56,602 bases of DNA from Patescibacteria group bacterium (GCA_038065695.1 JBBTQN010000017.1:1-56602), one strand, 5' to 3'; counted from the stretch's first letter, positions 7,275 through 17,381 are shown. Numbers and translations are program-made. The notes: generated by a model not told the origin, from the sequence alone.

Positions 7275-8345
7275 ATGAAAAAATCAAATTCGTTTTTTAT
7301 CAATTTACAGCGCGTTTCCGCCACCGCGAAGATTTTTTTATTGCAGAATCTTTCCATTATGGTTAAGACCGGCGTGCCTCTCGCCGAATCCATTAAAACT
7401 CTGGCGGAACAGACCAAAAATAAAAAATTAAAGATGATTTTGCGCGACTTATATGAAAAAATCAAGCAAGGAAAGACTTTAAGTGAAGGACTGTCTCCTT
7501 ATGAAAAAGATTTCGGCGAATTATTTATCAATATGATCAAAGCGGGCGAAGCGTCCGGCAACTTGGAGGGGGTCTTAAATAAGCTTTACCAAGAGATCAA
7601 AAAAGACCACAGTTTGACGCTTAAAGTGAGAAACGCGTTGACTTATCCGGTGATCATCATTATTGCGATGATCGGCATCAGTGCTTTTATGCTGATCTTT
7701 GTCCTGCCTAACATCACTAATTTATTTAAAGATTTTGACATTGAATTGCCTCTCACGACCAGAATTATGATCGGCGTGAGCGACTTCATCCAGCAAAATG
7801 GCCTCCTCGTCGCCACCGTTTTAATCATCCTTTTCGCCGTCCTCTTCAAAACGATCAGGACTAAAAAAGGCAAACGCGCCCTTGACGCCATCATTCTTAA
7901 ACTGCCGATAATTTCCCCGATTATTAAAAAAATAAATCTGGCTAGAATCTCCCGAAGCTTGAGCTCACTCATCAAAACCGACATCGCCATCGCCGAAAGC
8001 ATGACCATTACCGCCCACATCGTCGGCAATTCCCTCTACCGCGAAGCGATGCTTCAAGCGGTGGACCAAGTCAAAAAGGGCGTCAAAATCGAAACCGTTT
8101 TCCGGAATTATCCGCGGATTTTCCCACCGGTCATCATCCAGATGATCGCCGTCGGCGAAGAAACCGGCGCTTTGGACGAAGTGCTTGATAACCTCGCCGA
8201 TTTTTACGAAGAAGAAGTTTTCCAAACAATGGATTCACTGCCATCCATCATTGAGCCGATTTTAATGATCCTCATCGGCGTTGCTGTCGCCGTCATCGCT
8301 CTGGCGATTATGATGCCAATCTACTCTTTGACGGAGGCGTTTTAA
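7275..8345 (+). CDS. pilC: Type IV pilus platform protein (PilC/GspF)
   Basis: AGEASGNL, ALTYP, VGEETGALDEVL, IIEPILMI. Confidence 0.95.
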   Translation: MKKSNSFFINLQRVSATAKIFLLQNLSIMVKTGVPLAESIKTLAEQTKNKKLKMILRDLYEKIKQGKTLSEGLSPYEKDFGELFINMIKAGEASGNLEGVLNKLYQEIKKDHSLTLKVRNALTYPVIIIIAMIGISAFMLIFVLPNITNLFKDFDIELPLTTRIMIGVSDFIQQNGLLVATVLIILFAVLFKTIRTKKGKRALDAIILKLPIISPIIKKINLARISRSLSSLIKTDIAIAESMTITAHIVGNSLYREAMLQAVDQVKKGVKIETVFRNYPRIFPPVIIQMIAVGEETGALDEVLDNLADFYEEEVFQTMDSLPSIIEPILMILIGVAVAVIALAIMMPIYSLTEAF

Positions 8346-8382
8346 AATTAATCAATTACATCTTTTTGTTAAACAATCTGTA

Positions 8383-8522
8383 AATTTCTAATTTTTAATT
8401 TTGTAATTTTATAAATAATGCTCTAATTTTTAATTTTTAAAACCGCCAATTCTGTTTTTTAGTTATTAAAAATTAAATCATTAAAAATTATTTAAAAATT
8501 AAAAATTGGAAATTAAAAATTT
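8383..8522. repeat. AT-rich inverted short-tandem-array element (TAATTTT / AAAATTA)
   Basis: T-rich heptamer array facing an A-rich complementary array between pilC and the first pilin. Confidence 0.6.
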
Positions 8523-8541
8523 ATGCCTCTCTTTGATTATT

Positions 8542-8988
8542 ATGAAATTTAAACTAAATAAAAACGGCTTCACCCTCCTTGAAATCGTCATTGTCCTCGC
8601 CATTATCGCCATCCTCGCCCTCATCGGCTTTTCCGCCTTTAAAACCGTTCAGCCGAATCTAAATTTGAAAGGCGCCTCTCGGGACTTGGCTTCCGATTTG
8701 CGTTACGCCCAACAGTTGTCGGTCACCGAGCAGGTAAATTACTCCGTGAATTTTAATAAAAGCCAGAATAGCTATGCCATCGTTAAATCCACTACTGGCC
8801 AAATCATCAAAAACGCCTCGCTTGATGGCCAAATCTCCATTGACAATATTTCCAATCTAACCAACGACACGGCAAGTTTCAACGCGACGGGAGCCGCCCT
8901 GCAAGCCGGCTCAATCACTTTAATTAATTTAAACGGCGCCACTTCCACGATTGAAATCAAACCATCCGGCTATGTTAAAATTCAATGA
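8542..8988 (+). CDS. Type IV pilin-like protein (FimT/GspH-like)
   Basis: KNG|FTLLEIVIV prepilin motif; ATG at 8542 preferred as start. Confidence 0.9.
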   Translation: MKFKLNKNGFTLLEIVIVLAIIAILALIGFSAFKTVQPNLNLKGASRDLASDLRYAQQLSVTEQVNYSVNFNKSQNSYAIVKSTTGQIIKNASLDGQISIDNISNLTNDTASFNATGAALQAGSITLINLNGATSTIEIKPSGYVKIQ

Positions 8989-9400
8989 TAAATTTTTCGG
9001 CTTCAGCTTGATTGAAGCGCTGGTTGCCGTTGCGGTTTTGCTTATCGGCATTTTGGCGGTTTCCGTCGCCTTTCCTCTTTCACTTAAAGTCAGCCAATCA
9101 GCCGAGCAAGCCACCATCGCCGCCAACCTCGCCCAAGCAAAAATAGAAGAAATTTTCCAATCGGGCTATGACAATTTAAATATCGGCGACATTGAAGCCA
9201 AACATCGATTAGCCGAGACCTCGGCTGACCCGTTTTATTATTATCAAAGAGAAACCGAGGTTGAATATATTGATAGTAATTTAAACCACTCGGAAACCGA
9301 AACCGGAATGAAAAAAATCACCGTCACGGTTTATTGGTACAGTTCGGCTTTAAACGCGGAAAAAAACATGAGCTTGACGATTATCATGAGCCGGAAATGA
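8972..9400 (+). CDS. Minor pilin (PilV-like)
   Basis: G|FSLIEALVAVAVL; ATG at 8972. Confidence 0.88.
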   Translation: MLKFNDKFFGFSLIEALVAVAVLLIGILAVSVAFPLSLKVSQSAEQATIAANLAQAKIEEIFQSGYDNLNIGDIEAKHRLAETSADPFYYYQRETEVEYIDSNLNHSETETGMKKITVTVYWYSSALNAEKNMSLTIIMSRK

Positions 9401-9425
9401 AATTTATACCCCCTCTTTAATTATT

Positions 9426-9995
9426 ATGAAGTTTAAATCAAATAAAAACGGCTTCACCCTCCTTGAAGTCCTCATCGCCTTAGCCGTCACGATGCTGGTT
9501 TTTCTTTTGATTTTCAGTATTTATCATTTGAGCCAAGGCGCCTATCAGCGCACGGACGTCAAAGCCGAGCTCACTCAAAACGGCCGGGTGATTTTGGACC
9601 GGTTAGTCCGCGAACTCCGCCAAACTCCGGATGTCGTCACGGTACTGCCTCTTGATGATACTGACCCCGATGCTCTGCCAAACGGCATCTTGTTTGAAGA
9701 CGGACACAATGTGTCTGAAATCAAATATCTAAAATATCTGCTAAACGGAACGGAAATGCAAAAGCAAGTCGTAGTCTATCATTTTGCCGATGCTCCCGAT
9801 GATTATGTCCATCACGACGACACTGATCAATACGGAAATCCGCCGACCGATGAAGTTTTGGAAACTAAAGTTATCGGCGAATATGTTTCTGATATTGAGT
9901 TTTGGGGCAGCGGCGCGATAAACATCAAGCTCTATCTGACTAAAAACGGACAGACGGAGATAATGAATACGATAGTGTATGGGAGAAATTTATGA
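9426..9995 (+). CDS. Minor pilin (PilW-like)
   Basis: KNG|FTLLEVLIA; ILDRLVRELRQ. Confidence 0.88.
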   Translation: MKFKSNKNGFTLLEVLIALAVTMLVFLLIFSIYHLSQGAYQRTDVKAELTQNGRVILDRLVRELRQTPDVVTVLPLDDTDPDALPNGILFEDGHNVSEIKYLKYLLNGTEMQKQVVVYHFADAPDDYVHHDDTDQYGNPPTDEVLETKVIGEYVSDIEFWGSGAINIKLYLTKNGQTEIMNTIVYGRNL

Positions 9996-11200
9996 CCATT
10001 TGTAAATTTAAAAAACAAAAAGGGTTTATTCTCCTTACCGCCATCCTTATTATGGCTATTTTGCTTTTAATCGCCACCTATGTCACCAGTTTCACCATGA
10101 CCGAGTTTAAAATCGCTTCCAGCCAATCAACGGCTACTAAAACTTATTATCTGGCCGAAGCCGGAATTAATGAAATGCTTTGGAAAATCCAAAACGACCC
10201 CGCCACCGGCTTGGCCTTTACGAGCGGTATCTTGAGTTCCATAAACGACATCGACCGAAATAATATTTTTAATGATGAAAATGCCAGCTACCAAGTCGCG
10301 GCGATAAACACCGTGCCGGCCGAGGCTTGGATTATCGCCACCTCAACCTATCAAATTGGCGGCAGTGTTTCCCAGCGGGTGGTAAAATCATACGTCAGCC
10401 GGGCGACCTACAGCGGCCAAGATTGGGACTTTGGCGTTTTCGCCGGCGGACGCGGTTCCCAGCAAAACGGCAACTTCGTCTTCACCGGCGCGGGGATTGT
10501 TTTAGTTGCCAACGGCGGCCGGCTCCACGCCAACCAAGTTTTTAAAGTCCAAGGCGCGGAAGTGGTGGTAAATGACGGCTCGGTCACCGCCAGTAACGTC
10601 ATTAATGTGGTAGCGGGTGGAAAACTAACCCTCAACAACAGCACGCGAGAATCACCGACCACGACAATAGATATGCTCCAAATTGATTTTAATTCAGCCG
10701 ACCCGAACTCTTGGAAAAATCGGGCGACCGTCACTTATACGAAAACCCAGTTTAAAAATTTACCCGATAACACCACTCTTAACGGGATTATTTATGTGAC
10801 CGGCGAGGCGGAAATTACCGACAAAAATTTAACCATCAATGGCGTTTTAGTGGCCGAAGAAGACATTAAAATTACCTTAGCCGGTAAAACTTTAACGGTT
10901 AATGCCGGCCCCGCTTACGGCGGCGGCTTGCTGGCCAAAGAAGATATTGAAATTACCACTTCCGGCGGAGTCGTCGTTATTGATGGTTTAGTTTACGCCG
11001 CGGCTGATTTGGAAATCACCAGTTCAGGCACGAATTTCACCATTAACGGCAGTTTGACGGGATTTGACGCCAAAGTCACGGCGAGTGGCGGCGCCATCAT
11101 CCTGAACTATGAACCGGAAAATTTCCGGCCGGTAATCGACCCTGAATATAATCCTTCCTCGCCGATCATCCAGATCGACCATTGGGAGGAACAATACTGA
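9992..11200 (+). CDS. PilX-like minor pilin with C-terminal beta-rich repeats
   Basis: KG|FILLTA lacking E5; YYLAEAGI; repeated GIIYV/GVLVA/GLVYA motifs; ends WEEQY. Confidence 0.85.
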   Translation: MTICKFKKQKGFILLTAILIMAILLLIATYVTSFTMTEFKIASSQSTATKTYYLAEAGINEMLWKIQNDPATGLAFTSGILSSINDIDRNNIFNDENASYQVAAINTVPAEAWIIATSTYQIGGSVSQRVVKSYVSRATYSGQDWDFGVFAGGRGSQQNGNFVFTGAGIVLVANGGRLHANQVFKVQGAEVVVNDGSVTASNVINVVAGGKLTLNNSTRESPTTTIDMLQIDFNSADPNSWKNRATVTYTKTQFKNLPDNTTLNGIIYVTGEAEITDKNLTINGVLVAEEDIKITLAGKTLTVNAGPAYGGGLLAKEDIEITTSGGVVVIDGLVYAAADLEITSSGTNFTINGSLTGFDAKVTASGGAIILNYEPENFRPVIDPEYNPSSPIIQIDHWEEQY

Positions 11201-11202
11201 CG

Positions 11203-11299
11203 AAAGTTCAAAGTTAAAAGTCTAAAGTTAAAAGTCTGTTTATTAAATTTATAAAATAAAATCCAATGACTTTAGACTTTCGACTTTAGACTTTCAACT
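11203..11299. repeat. Inverted heptamer-array element (AAAGTY / RACTTT)
   Basis: About five AAAGTC/AAAGTT units facing about five GACTTT units. Confidence 0.8.
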
Positions 11300-11378
11300 A
11301 AATCATATTTTATAGAAATTTTCATATTTATAAATATTTATCGTATAATTAAATAAAGTGGATTAATTAATTTACAAG

Positions 11379-12446
11379 ATGTCTTTCTTCACCACAACTG
11401 AAACCGCTTTTGGCTTGGATATTTCCGACCGCAACTTGCGTTTGGCCCAGATGACGAAAAAATACAAATCAGTTGAGCTGGGATTGTATAATGAAATCAG
11501 ATTGCCGCCGGGTTGCATCGAATGCGGTGAAATCAAGCAATTGAAAATTTTCCTTGATTCGCTTTTGAAACTAATGAAAACCAAGCGCGGCTTCGGGCGG
11601 CTTAGCGATGAGGTGGTAGCGGTCCTGCCCGAAGAGCAGTCCTACCTTAAAGTGATGGACATCCCTTTGGTGGAAAAAGAGCAAATTCCGGAAGAAATTA
11701 AAAAAATTCTCCCCCAGCACGTGCCAGTCAGTCTAGACAGTATTTATTTTGACTTCCAGATTGTTAAAACGAATGAAAATGAAAGCGTACAAACCGTCTT
11801 AGTCGGTGCCGCGCTTAAAAAAACGGTTGATACTTATGTCGATATCTTGTCGCAAGCGGGCCTGATCCCGACGGTTTTGGAAATTGAAGCCGCCGCCATT
11901 TCCCGAGTGCTAGCCAGCCAAAAAACCGACCCGACGCCGCAAATAATCATTGACATTGGCGCAAATCGAACCGGCCTTTTCCTCTTTGACGAAAATGTCG
12001 TCAAGTTTACCGTTAGCTTGCCGATTTCCGGCGCTAAAATTACCGAACTTATTATGCAGGCGCTCTCGCTTGATTTTGAAAAGGCCGAGCAGGCCAAAAT
12101 CGTCTGCGGACTTGACCGGGAGAAATGCCACGGCGCGCTTTTGGAAATTTTTTCGGGCACCGTGGAAGAGCTGGCTAGCCACATCAATGAAGCGATTAAA
12201 TTTTACCAGAACGGCGCGAATGAGCCGAAAAAAATCGCTAAAATCGTTTTAGGCGGCGGTGGCGCCAATTTCATCAATATCACCGAGATTATCCAGGGCA
12301 AATTGGGCATCCCGACTGAAGTGAGCAACCCTTGGCGTTACATAAAAAATCCGAATCAAAATTATTTCGACCGGGAAAAATCACAATCATTTATCACCGC
12401 TCTCGGCCTGGGCCTAAGAGGCATCAATCCCGATACTTTCCTATGA
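11379..12446 (+). CDS. pilM: Type IV pilus assembly protein PilM
   Basis: FGLDISD, IIDIGA, VLGGGGA actin-like motifs; TALGLGLR. Confidence 0.93.
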   Translation: MSFFTTTETAFGLDISDRNLRLAQMTKKYKSVELGLYNEIRLPPGCIECGEIKQLKIFLDSLLKLMKTKRGFGRLSDEVVAVLPEEQSYLKVMDIPLVEKEQIPEEIKKILPQHVPVSLDSIYFDFQIVKTNENESVQTVLVGAALKKTVDTYVDILSQAGLIPTVLEIEAAAISRVLASQKTDPTPQIIIDIGANRTGLFLFDENVVKFTVSLPISGAKITELIMQALSLDFEKAEQAKIVCGLDREKCHGALLEIFSGTVEELASHINEAIKFYQNGANEPKKIAKIVLGGGGANFINITEIIQGKLGIPTEVSNPWRYIKNPNQNYFDREKSQSFITALGLGLRGINPDTFL

Positions 12447-12979
12447 TCAATATCAACCTGCTCTCTCCGGAACAAAAAAAGAGCCTGAAAACCAAACGCG
12501 TTTATATCGCCACCAAGGAAATGGTAATGTTGGTTTTGCTTTTTACCACCATTATCGCGATTATGCTTTTAGTTTCCCGTTATGTCTTAGAGACGCAACT
12601 AGCCAATTTAGTCATCAGGAACGCCAACGCGATCAAAATCAGCCAGGAAACCAACAAAAAAATAATCAATCTTAACAAAGTCATTAGCGAAGTTGAAACA
12701 ATCCAAAGAAATTTCAAACTTTGGTCGGGATTTTTAATCCGATTGACGCGGACCGTGCCGGAAAACATTTCTTTTTCCACCTTGAAGATTTATCGCGACT
12801 CGGCGACTTTAGAGATTAAGGGGAAAGCCAAAGCCCGGCCAGATTTGATTAAATTCCAAAAAAATTTGGAAGACAGCAAGCTGTTTAAGAATGTCAATTT
12901 GCCGCTCGCCGACCTTCTCGTCAAGGAAAATAATAATTTTACGATCCAAGCGGTAATTGACTTGGAAAAAATTCCCTAA
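12443..12979 (+). CDS. pilN: PilN-like protein
   Basis: MININLLSP start overlapping the pilM stop (ATGA); TM, coiled coil, VPENI. Confidence 0.88.
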   Translation: MININLLSPEQKKSLKTKRVYIATKEMVMLVLLFTTIIAIMLLVSRYVLETQLANLVIRNANAIKISQETNKKIINLNKVISEVETIQRNFKLWSGFLIRLTRTVPENISFSTLKIYRDSATLEIKGKAKARPDLIKFQKNLEDSKLFKNVNLPLADLLVKENNNFTIQAVIDLEKIP

Positions 12980-12989
12980 AAATTTCTTC

Positions 12990-13520
12990 ATGTTCTACCA
13001 AAAAAATAAATTTTTAATCAACCTGGGAATGATCATGATTATCGTCATCGCGATGATTATTTTTATTATTATTCCCGCCTTCAAAGAAATTATTGCCGTC
13101 AATCGCGAAATCAACAAAGAAAGAGTCGCTTTGGAACAAAAGTTGGAACAAGGATTGAATCTGAAAAAAATCCAAATCGAACTGTCGGAAATCCAAGACA
13201 AGCTGGGCGGACTTGACCGCCTTTTTGTCGCTAAAGGCCAAGAATTGGCTTTTGTCACCGAAATGGAAAATATCGCCTCGGCCGACGGCATTTCCTTAAA
13301 AATTGTTTCTGATTTTTCTGAAGAACCGCTGAAAGGAGAGGAAAAAATAAAGAAAACCGCCCTGCAAATGGAAATTTCCGGCAACTACCAGAATATCATT
13401 AAATTTCTAAACGACTTGGAAAAAATGCCTTATTATTTTAATGTTGAGATGGCAATCTTTTCGCTAAAAACCAACGCGCTCTCGGCGCAAATTCTCGGCC
13501 AAATTTATGTCAAAAATTAA
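12990..13520 (+). CDS. pilO: PilO-like protein
   Basis: N-terminal TM, coiled coil, ISGNYQNIIKFLNDLEKMP. Confidence 0.88.
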   Translation: MFYQKNKFLINLGMIMIIVIAMIIFIIIPAFKEIIAVNREINKERVALEQKLEQGLNLKKIQIELSEIQDKLGGLDRLFVAKGQELAFVTEMENIASADGISLKIVSDFSEEPLKGEEKIKKTALQMEISGNYQNIIKFLNDLEKMPYYFNVEMAIFSLKTNALSAQILGQIYVKN

Positions 13521-13845
13521 TTTCAAGCTAAACTTTGATTTGAAAAAGATAAAAATCAATCCGCTGGCTTTCGCCCGCCGGCTGACGCCGATTTCCATTT
13601 GCTTGATTGTGATTATTTTAATTTTATTTATGGGTTTTTTATATCGGAACGTTTATCAGACCTTGGCTCAGGCGGAAACCGTCACCAACCTGAAAAAAGA
13701 AGTGACCGAAGAAAGCTTGAACAAGGAAAAATTTTATCAGGTCTTGGAAAAAATCAACAAAAAAACCGCCTCTACTCAAATTGATTTCAGCGGTCTTAAA
13801 AATCCCTTCGCGCCACTGGCGGTAGTGGAAGAAAAGAAGAAATAA
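13507..13845 (+). CDS. Single-TM hypothetical protein in the PilP position
   Basis: Overlaps pilO; TM; C-terminal KNPF motif. Confidence 0.7.
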   Translation: MSKINFKLNFDLKKIKINPLAFARRLTPISICLIVIILILFMGFLYRNVYQTLAQAETVTNLKKEVTEESLNKEKFYQVLEKINKKTASTQIDFSGLKNPFAPLAVVEEKKK

Positions 13846-13873
13846 AAAACTCCCGACTAAAATCGGGAGTTTT
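13846..13873. terminator. Bidirectional terminator
   Basis: AAAACTCCCGA-CTAAAA-TCGGGAGTTTT between convergent operons. Confidence 0.8.
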
Positions 13874-13915
13874 CTTAATCAATTCAATTACCAATTACCA
13901 GTTACCAGTTACCAA

Positions 13916-15118
13916 TTACTTCAGCGGCGACATCTTCCTCAACTTCTCAATAATCGGCGGGAGTTCACGCAAAAGAATATTAATATCTTTCTTAGTGGTA
14001 AACCGGCCGAGGGTGACCCGTAGACTGCCGTGCGCCAATTCCGGCTTGATACCGATCGCCAAAAGCACGTGCGACGGCTCAAGCGAACCAGACGAACAAG
14101 CCGAACCGGTGGAAGTGGCAATTCCTTTCTGCGACAGCATCAAGACAATACTCTCTCCCTCCGCGCCCTTGAAAATAAAACTGGCGTTGTTAGGTAGCCG
14201 TCTCCGTAAATCTCCATTTACCAAAACTCCCGTTATTTTTCTTTTTACTTCTTTAACGAGATAATCCCTCAACTCTTGTGTTTTTGTGTTTTTGTGTTTT
14301 TGTGTTTTTGTGCCGGCAAGTTCCACCGCCTTGCCTAACCCGACAATCCCCGGCACATTGTAAGTGCCGACCCTAATGTCATTCTGTTGATGTCCGCCGA
14401 AAAAAAGCGGTTCAAACGGCGTCCCTTTTTTTAAATAGAGCGCGCCCACGCCTTTTGGTCCGTAGATCTTATGTCCGGACAAAGAGAGCAAATCCACGCC
14501 CAATTTTTTAACATCGCAATTTAAATATCCGGCCGCCTGCACCGCGTCAGTGTGAAAATAAATCCGCGAAAACCGCCCCCCCTTACTCTTTTTATTTATT
14601 TCTTTTATCAATTCGCCGATTTCCGCGATCGGCTGGATCGCGCCGATTTCATTATTGGCATACATAATGGAAACCAAAATCGTATTCGGCCTGATTGCTT
14701 TTTTAAGCCGGTTGACTTCCACCAGTCCTCGGCTGTTTACCGGAAGATAGGTGGTTTCCACACCTTCCTCTGCCAATCTTTTGAATGTCTCCAAAATAGC
14801 GTCATGCTCAATTTGGGAAGCGATAATATGCCACTTTTTACCCGGAAATTGCCTTTGGAATGCCCCTACCAGGCCCAAAACGGCCATATTGTCGCTTTCG
14901 GTAGCGCCACTGGTAAAATACACTTCCTCCGGCGAACAGCCCAAAAAATCAGCAATTTCAGCCCTTGAAGCATCCACCGCGGCCATTGCCTCCGTCCCCA
15001 TCTGATGAAGAGAAGAGGCATTCCCATATTCCTCGCAGAAATAAGGCATCATCGCTTTAAGGACTTGCGGATCGACGGGTGTGGTGGCGGCATTATCGAG
15101 GTAGATGTTATTATTCAT
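13916..15118 (-). CDS. iscS: Cysteine desulfurase (IscS/NifS)
   Basis: IYLDNAATT, FHTDAVQ, SGHKIYGPKG, STGSACSS. Confidence 0.96.
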   Translation of the reverse strand: MNNNIYLDNAATTPVDPQVLKAMMPYFCEEYGNASSLHQMGTEAMAAVDASRAEIADFLGCSPEEVYFTSGATESDNMAVLGLVGAFQRQFPGKKWHIIASQIEHDAILETFKRLAEEGVETTYLPVNSRGLVEVNRLKKAIRPNTILVSIMYANNEIGAIQPIAEIGELIKEINKKSKGGRFSRIYFHTDAVQAAGYLNCDVKKLGVDLLSLSGHKIYGPKGVGALYLKKGTPFEPLFFGGHQQNDIRVGTYNVPGIVGLGKAVELAGTKTQKHKNTKTQELRDYLVKEVKRKITGVLVNGDLRRRLPNNASFIFKGAEGESIVLMLSQKGIATSTGSACSSGSLEPSHVLLAIGIKPELAHGSLRVTLGRFTTKKDINILLRELPPIIEKLRKMSPLK

Positions 15119-15171
15119 AAAAATTAAACTTATAAATTATTGACTTTCAACTTTTGACTTTAGACTTTAGA

Positions 15172-15396
15172 CTAAATTGCTTCCACTTCTTTCACTTCCG
15201 GAATTTTTTCTTTGATTGTTCGTCCTATCCCGTCTTGAAGCGTCACCGTTGCCATCGGACAGCCATGACAAGCGCCTTGGAGTTTCACCTTTAGAACACC
15301 GGTTTTTTCATCAAACGACACAAATTCCACATCGCCGCCATCCATTTGGAGATGAGGCCTGATTTTTTCTAATTCCAATCTAATTTTATTTTCCAT
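15172..15396 (-). CDS. NifU C-terminal/NfuA-type Fe-S carrier
   Basis: IRPHLQMDGGDVE, LQGACHGCP. Confidence 0.93.
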   Translation of the reverse strand: MENKIRLELEKIRPHLQMDGGDVEFVSFDEKTGVLKVKLQGACHGCPMATVTLQDGIGRTIKEKIPEVKEVEAI

Positions 15397-15411
15397 CTTA
15401 AATTTATTTGG

Positions 15412-15717
15412 TTATTTAAAAAGAATGAGCAGGAAGGCGGTATTTTTTTTCGCTTCTAAAGAATGGACGGCGTTAGCCGGCATTTCAATTAACACCGCCG
15501 GCCCCATTGGAATCGCTTCGCCGGCTAAATTGAAAATTCCCTCTCCTTCAATCACATAAACAAAACCGTCGCCGGTCGCCGTATGATCCGAGATGGCTGT
15601 TTTCTCTGCCAGACAGAATAAAGTAACACTCATCTTATCGGTTTTGATTAGTTCCCGGCTCAAAACACCGCCTGATGAATATTCAATTAATTGATTTAAG
15701 TCTTGCCACGGTCTCAT
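15412..15717 (-). CDS. Cupin-domain protein
   Basis: HTATGD..VYVIEGEG; MPANAVHSLEA. Confidence 0.88.
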   Translation of the reverse strand: MRPWQDLNQLIEYSSGGVLSRELIKTDKMSVTLFCLAEKTAISDHTATGDGFVYVIEGEGIFNLAGEAIPMGPAVLIEMPANAVHSLEAKKNTAFLLILFK

Positions 15718-16247
15718 TTTCTTGATTCAAATTCGTTAATTAGAGCTAAATATTTCCCTTTAATTTCCGGGGTGAATTTTTCATTTTCCACCGCCAAAAA
15801 TTTTTCCGCCATCGTTCGTTGAACTTCTGAAGATAAAGCTTGGTCGGCGATCGGATATAAAACATTATCTTCTTTAAAAATGTGTTCTGCCAACAAAGAG
15901 GCATAACCGCGGGCGTTGGCTAAAATTTTTTCCTGATTATCTTCCGTTAACCCGGTTTCTAAATTCTTGACAAAATCGCGACCCAAATTATGCTCGTAAA
16001 GCATCTGTTCAACTGGATTGCAGTGCAAATTAACCTCGTCTTGGCACATTTCCTTGAATAAAATGTCTTCTTCTTTGGCGTGATGAAATTTATCCGCGTA
16101 ATTTCTGATAAAGCCAACGGCTTGATAAAAAAAATCTTTATCCACTTTTTTCCCCGCTTCAATTTCGGCGCATTCATTTTCTAAGGACTTGATGACCCGC
16201 AAAATATTCTGATGTTCGTCAGAAAGAATTTGTGTTGCTTCACTCAT
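15714..16247 (-). CDS. Hemerythrin (HHE) domain protein
   Basis: LSDEH, HHAKEEDILF, MLYEH, HIFKEDNVLYP. Confidence 0.92.
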   Translation of the reverse strand: MSEATQILSDEHQNILRVIKSLENECAEIEAGKKVDKDFFYQAVGFIRNYADKFHHAKEEDILFKEMCQDEVNLHCNPVEQMLYEHNLGRDFVKNLETGLTEDNQEKILANARGYASLLAEHIFKEDNVLYPIADQALSSEVQRTMAEKFLAVENEKFTPEIKGKYLALINEFESRK

Positions 16248-16258
16248 AAAATAAAAGT

Positions 16259-16666
16259 TTATTTATTTTTTTTATTTAGCGCTTTATTTTTTCGCTTTTT
16301 ATAATCCTGCGCCGCCGCCGCCAACCCCTCATGCGCCAAGATCGAGCAATGAAGCTTGATTGGGGGCAAACCGCCAAGCTCTTTAGCAATATCCAGTTTA
16401 CCGATTTTTAAGGCATCATCAATTGTTTTACCCTTGGCCATTTCCGTCAACATGGACGAAGTCGCGATCGCCGCGCCGCAGCCGAGCGTTTCAAATTTAA
16501 TGTCTTTAATCATCTCCTCGCCTCCTTTATTTTTACCGACTTTAATATAAATCTTCATGATATCCCCGCACACCGGGTTGCCGACTTGGCCGATGCCGTC
16601 CGCGTCTTTAATCACTCCCTGATTACGGGGGTTTTGAAAATGATTTAATACCTTCTGATTATACAT
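16259..16666 (-). CDS. iscU: Fe-S scaffold IscU/NifU-N
   Basis: HFQNPRN, GNPVCGD, GCGAAIA, KLHCS. Confidence 0.95.
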   Translation of the reverse strand: MYNQKVLNHFQNPRNQGVIKDADGIGQVGNPVCGDIMKIYIKVGKNKGGEEMIKDIKFETLGCGAAIATSSMLTEMAKGKTIDDALKIGKLDIAKELGGLPPIKLHCSILAHEGLAAAAQDYKKRKNKALNKKNK

Positions 16667-16679
16667 AAATAGTTGATTT

Positions 16680-16797
16680 ATATGATACCAATATACAAAT
16701 TTTTACCAATGATACGAATGAATGCGAATAATTTTCTTTCCGGCTCCATTTGTATCCATTAGTATGATTGGTATTCATTCGTATATTGGTATCATAT
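16680..16797. repeat. Inverted-repeat element with TACGAAT/TACAAAT-type units
   Basis: Perfect 17-bp terminal IR ATATGATACCAATATAC / GTATATTGGTATCATAT inside the Fe-S operon. Confidence 0.85.
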
Positions 16798-16798
16798 C

Positions 16799-17200
16799 TT
16801 ATATCAAATCCGCTAATGTAAATTTGCGTAGCGTATGAATGATATTTTTCTGAAGCTCGTGCCAAACTTTTTTAGTCAAACACTCTCGGTGAGAACAAGT
16901 AACTTTAGTGTTTTCATCCAACAGGCAATAAAATACCGCGAGCGGCCCTTCAAGCGCTTCCACGATTTCAAAAATGCTGATTTTTTTCGGCTTTCGGGCT
17001 AGCAGATAGCCGCCAGAAACGCCCTTGGCGCTTTTAACCAAATCATCGGCTTTAAGCCGCGCGAAAAGCCGCTCCAAATACGGTTGGGAGATATGCTCTT
17101 TTTTGGCGATTTGCGCCAGAGAAATCGGACCCTCGCCTTTCACTCTCGCCAAGACCGCCATCGCCCGAAGGCCGTATTCGGTTTTAGTGGTGAACATCAT
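16799..17200 (-). CDS. iscR: Rrf2-family regulator (IscR-like)
   Basis: TKTEYGLRAM, YLERLF..L, KGVSGGY.L; three C-terminal Cys; heads the isc operon. Confidence 0.85.
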   Translation of the reverse strand: MMFTTKTEYGLRAMAVLARVKGEGPISLAQIAKKEHISQPYLERLFARLKADDLVKSAKGVSGGYLLARKPKKISIFEIVEALEGPLAVFYCLLDENTKVTCSHRECLTKKVWHELQKNIIHTLRKFTLADLI

Positions 17201-17213
17201 AACTTTATTGGTA

Positions 17214-17270
17214 AATACCTACCAAATTAGTCGGTATTATCAATTTATCAAATAAAAAAACCCTTGTCAA
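17214..17270 (-). promoter_or_regulatory. Promoter and putative Rrf2/IscR operator
   Basis: Minus strand TTGACA-17-TAAATT with extended TG; imperfect palindrome AATACCGACTAATTTGGTAGGTATT at 17214-17238. Confidence 0.65.
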
Positions 17271-17283
17271 GGGGATAACGGGG

Positions 17284-17381
17284 AATTTCTAATATCTAAT
17301 TTCTAATGTCTAAATAACGTTAAAATTAGACATTGGACATTTAGCATTTCATTAGAAATTAATAATTAGAAATTAGAAATT
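17284..17381. repeat. Inverted heptamer-array element (TTTCTAA / TTAGAAA)
   Basis: Facing complementary heptamer arrays; the right arm overlaps the stop of the neighbouring gene. Confidence 0.75.

Noticed and set aside
16659-16865. 68-aa ORF between iscR and iscU
   Set aside because: It is a translation of the inverted repeat element and overlaps both genes
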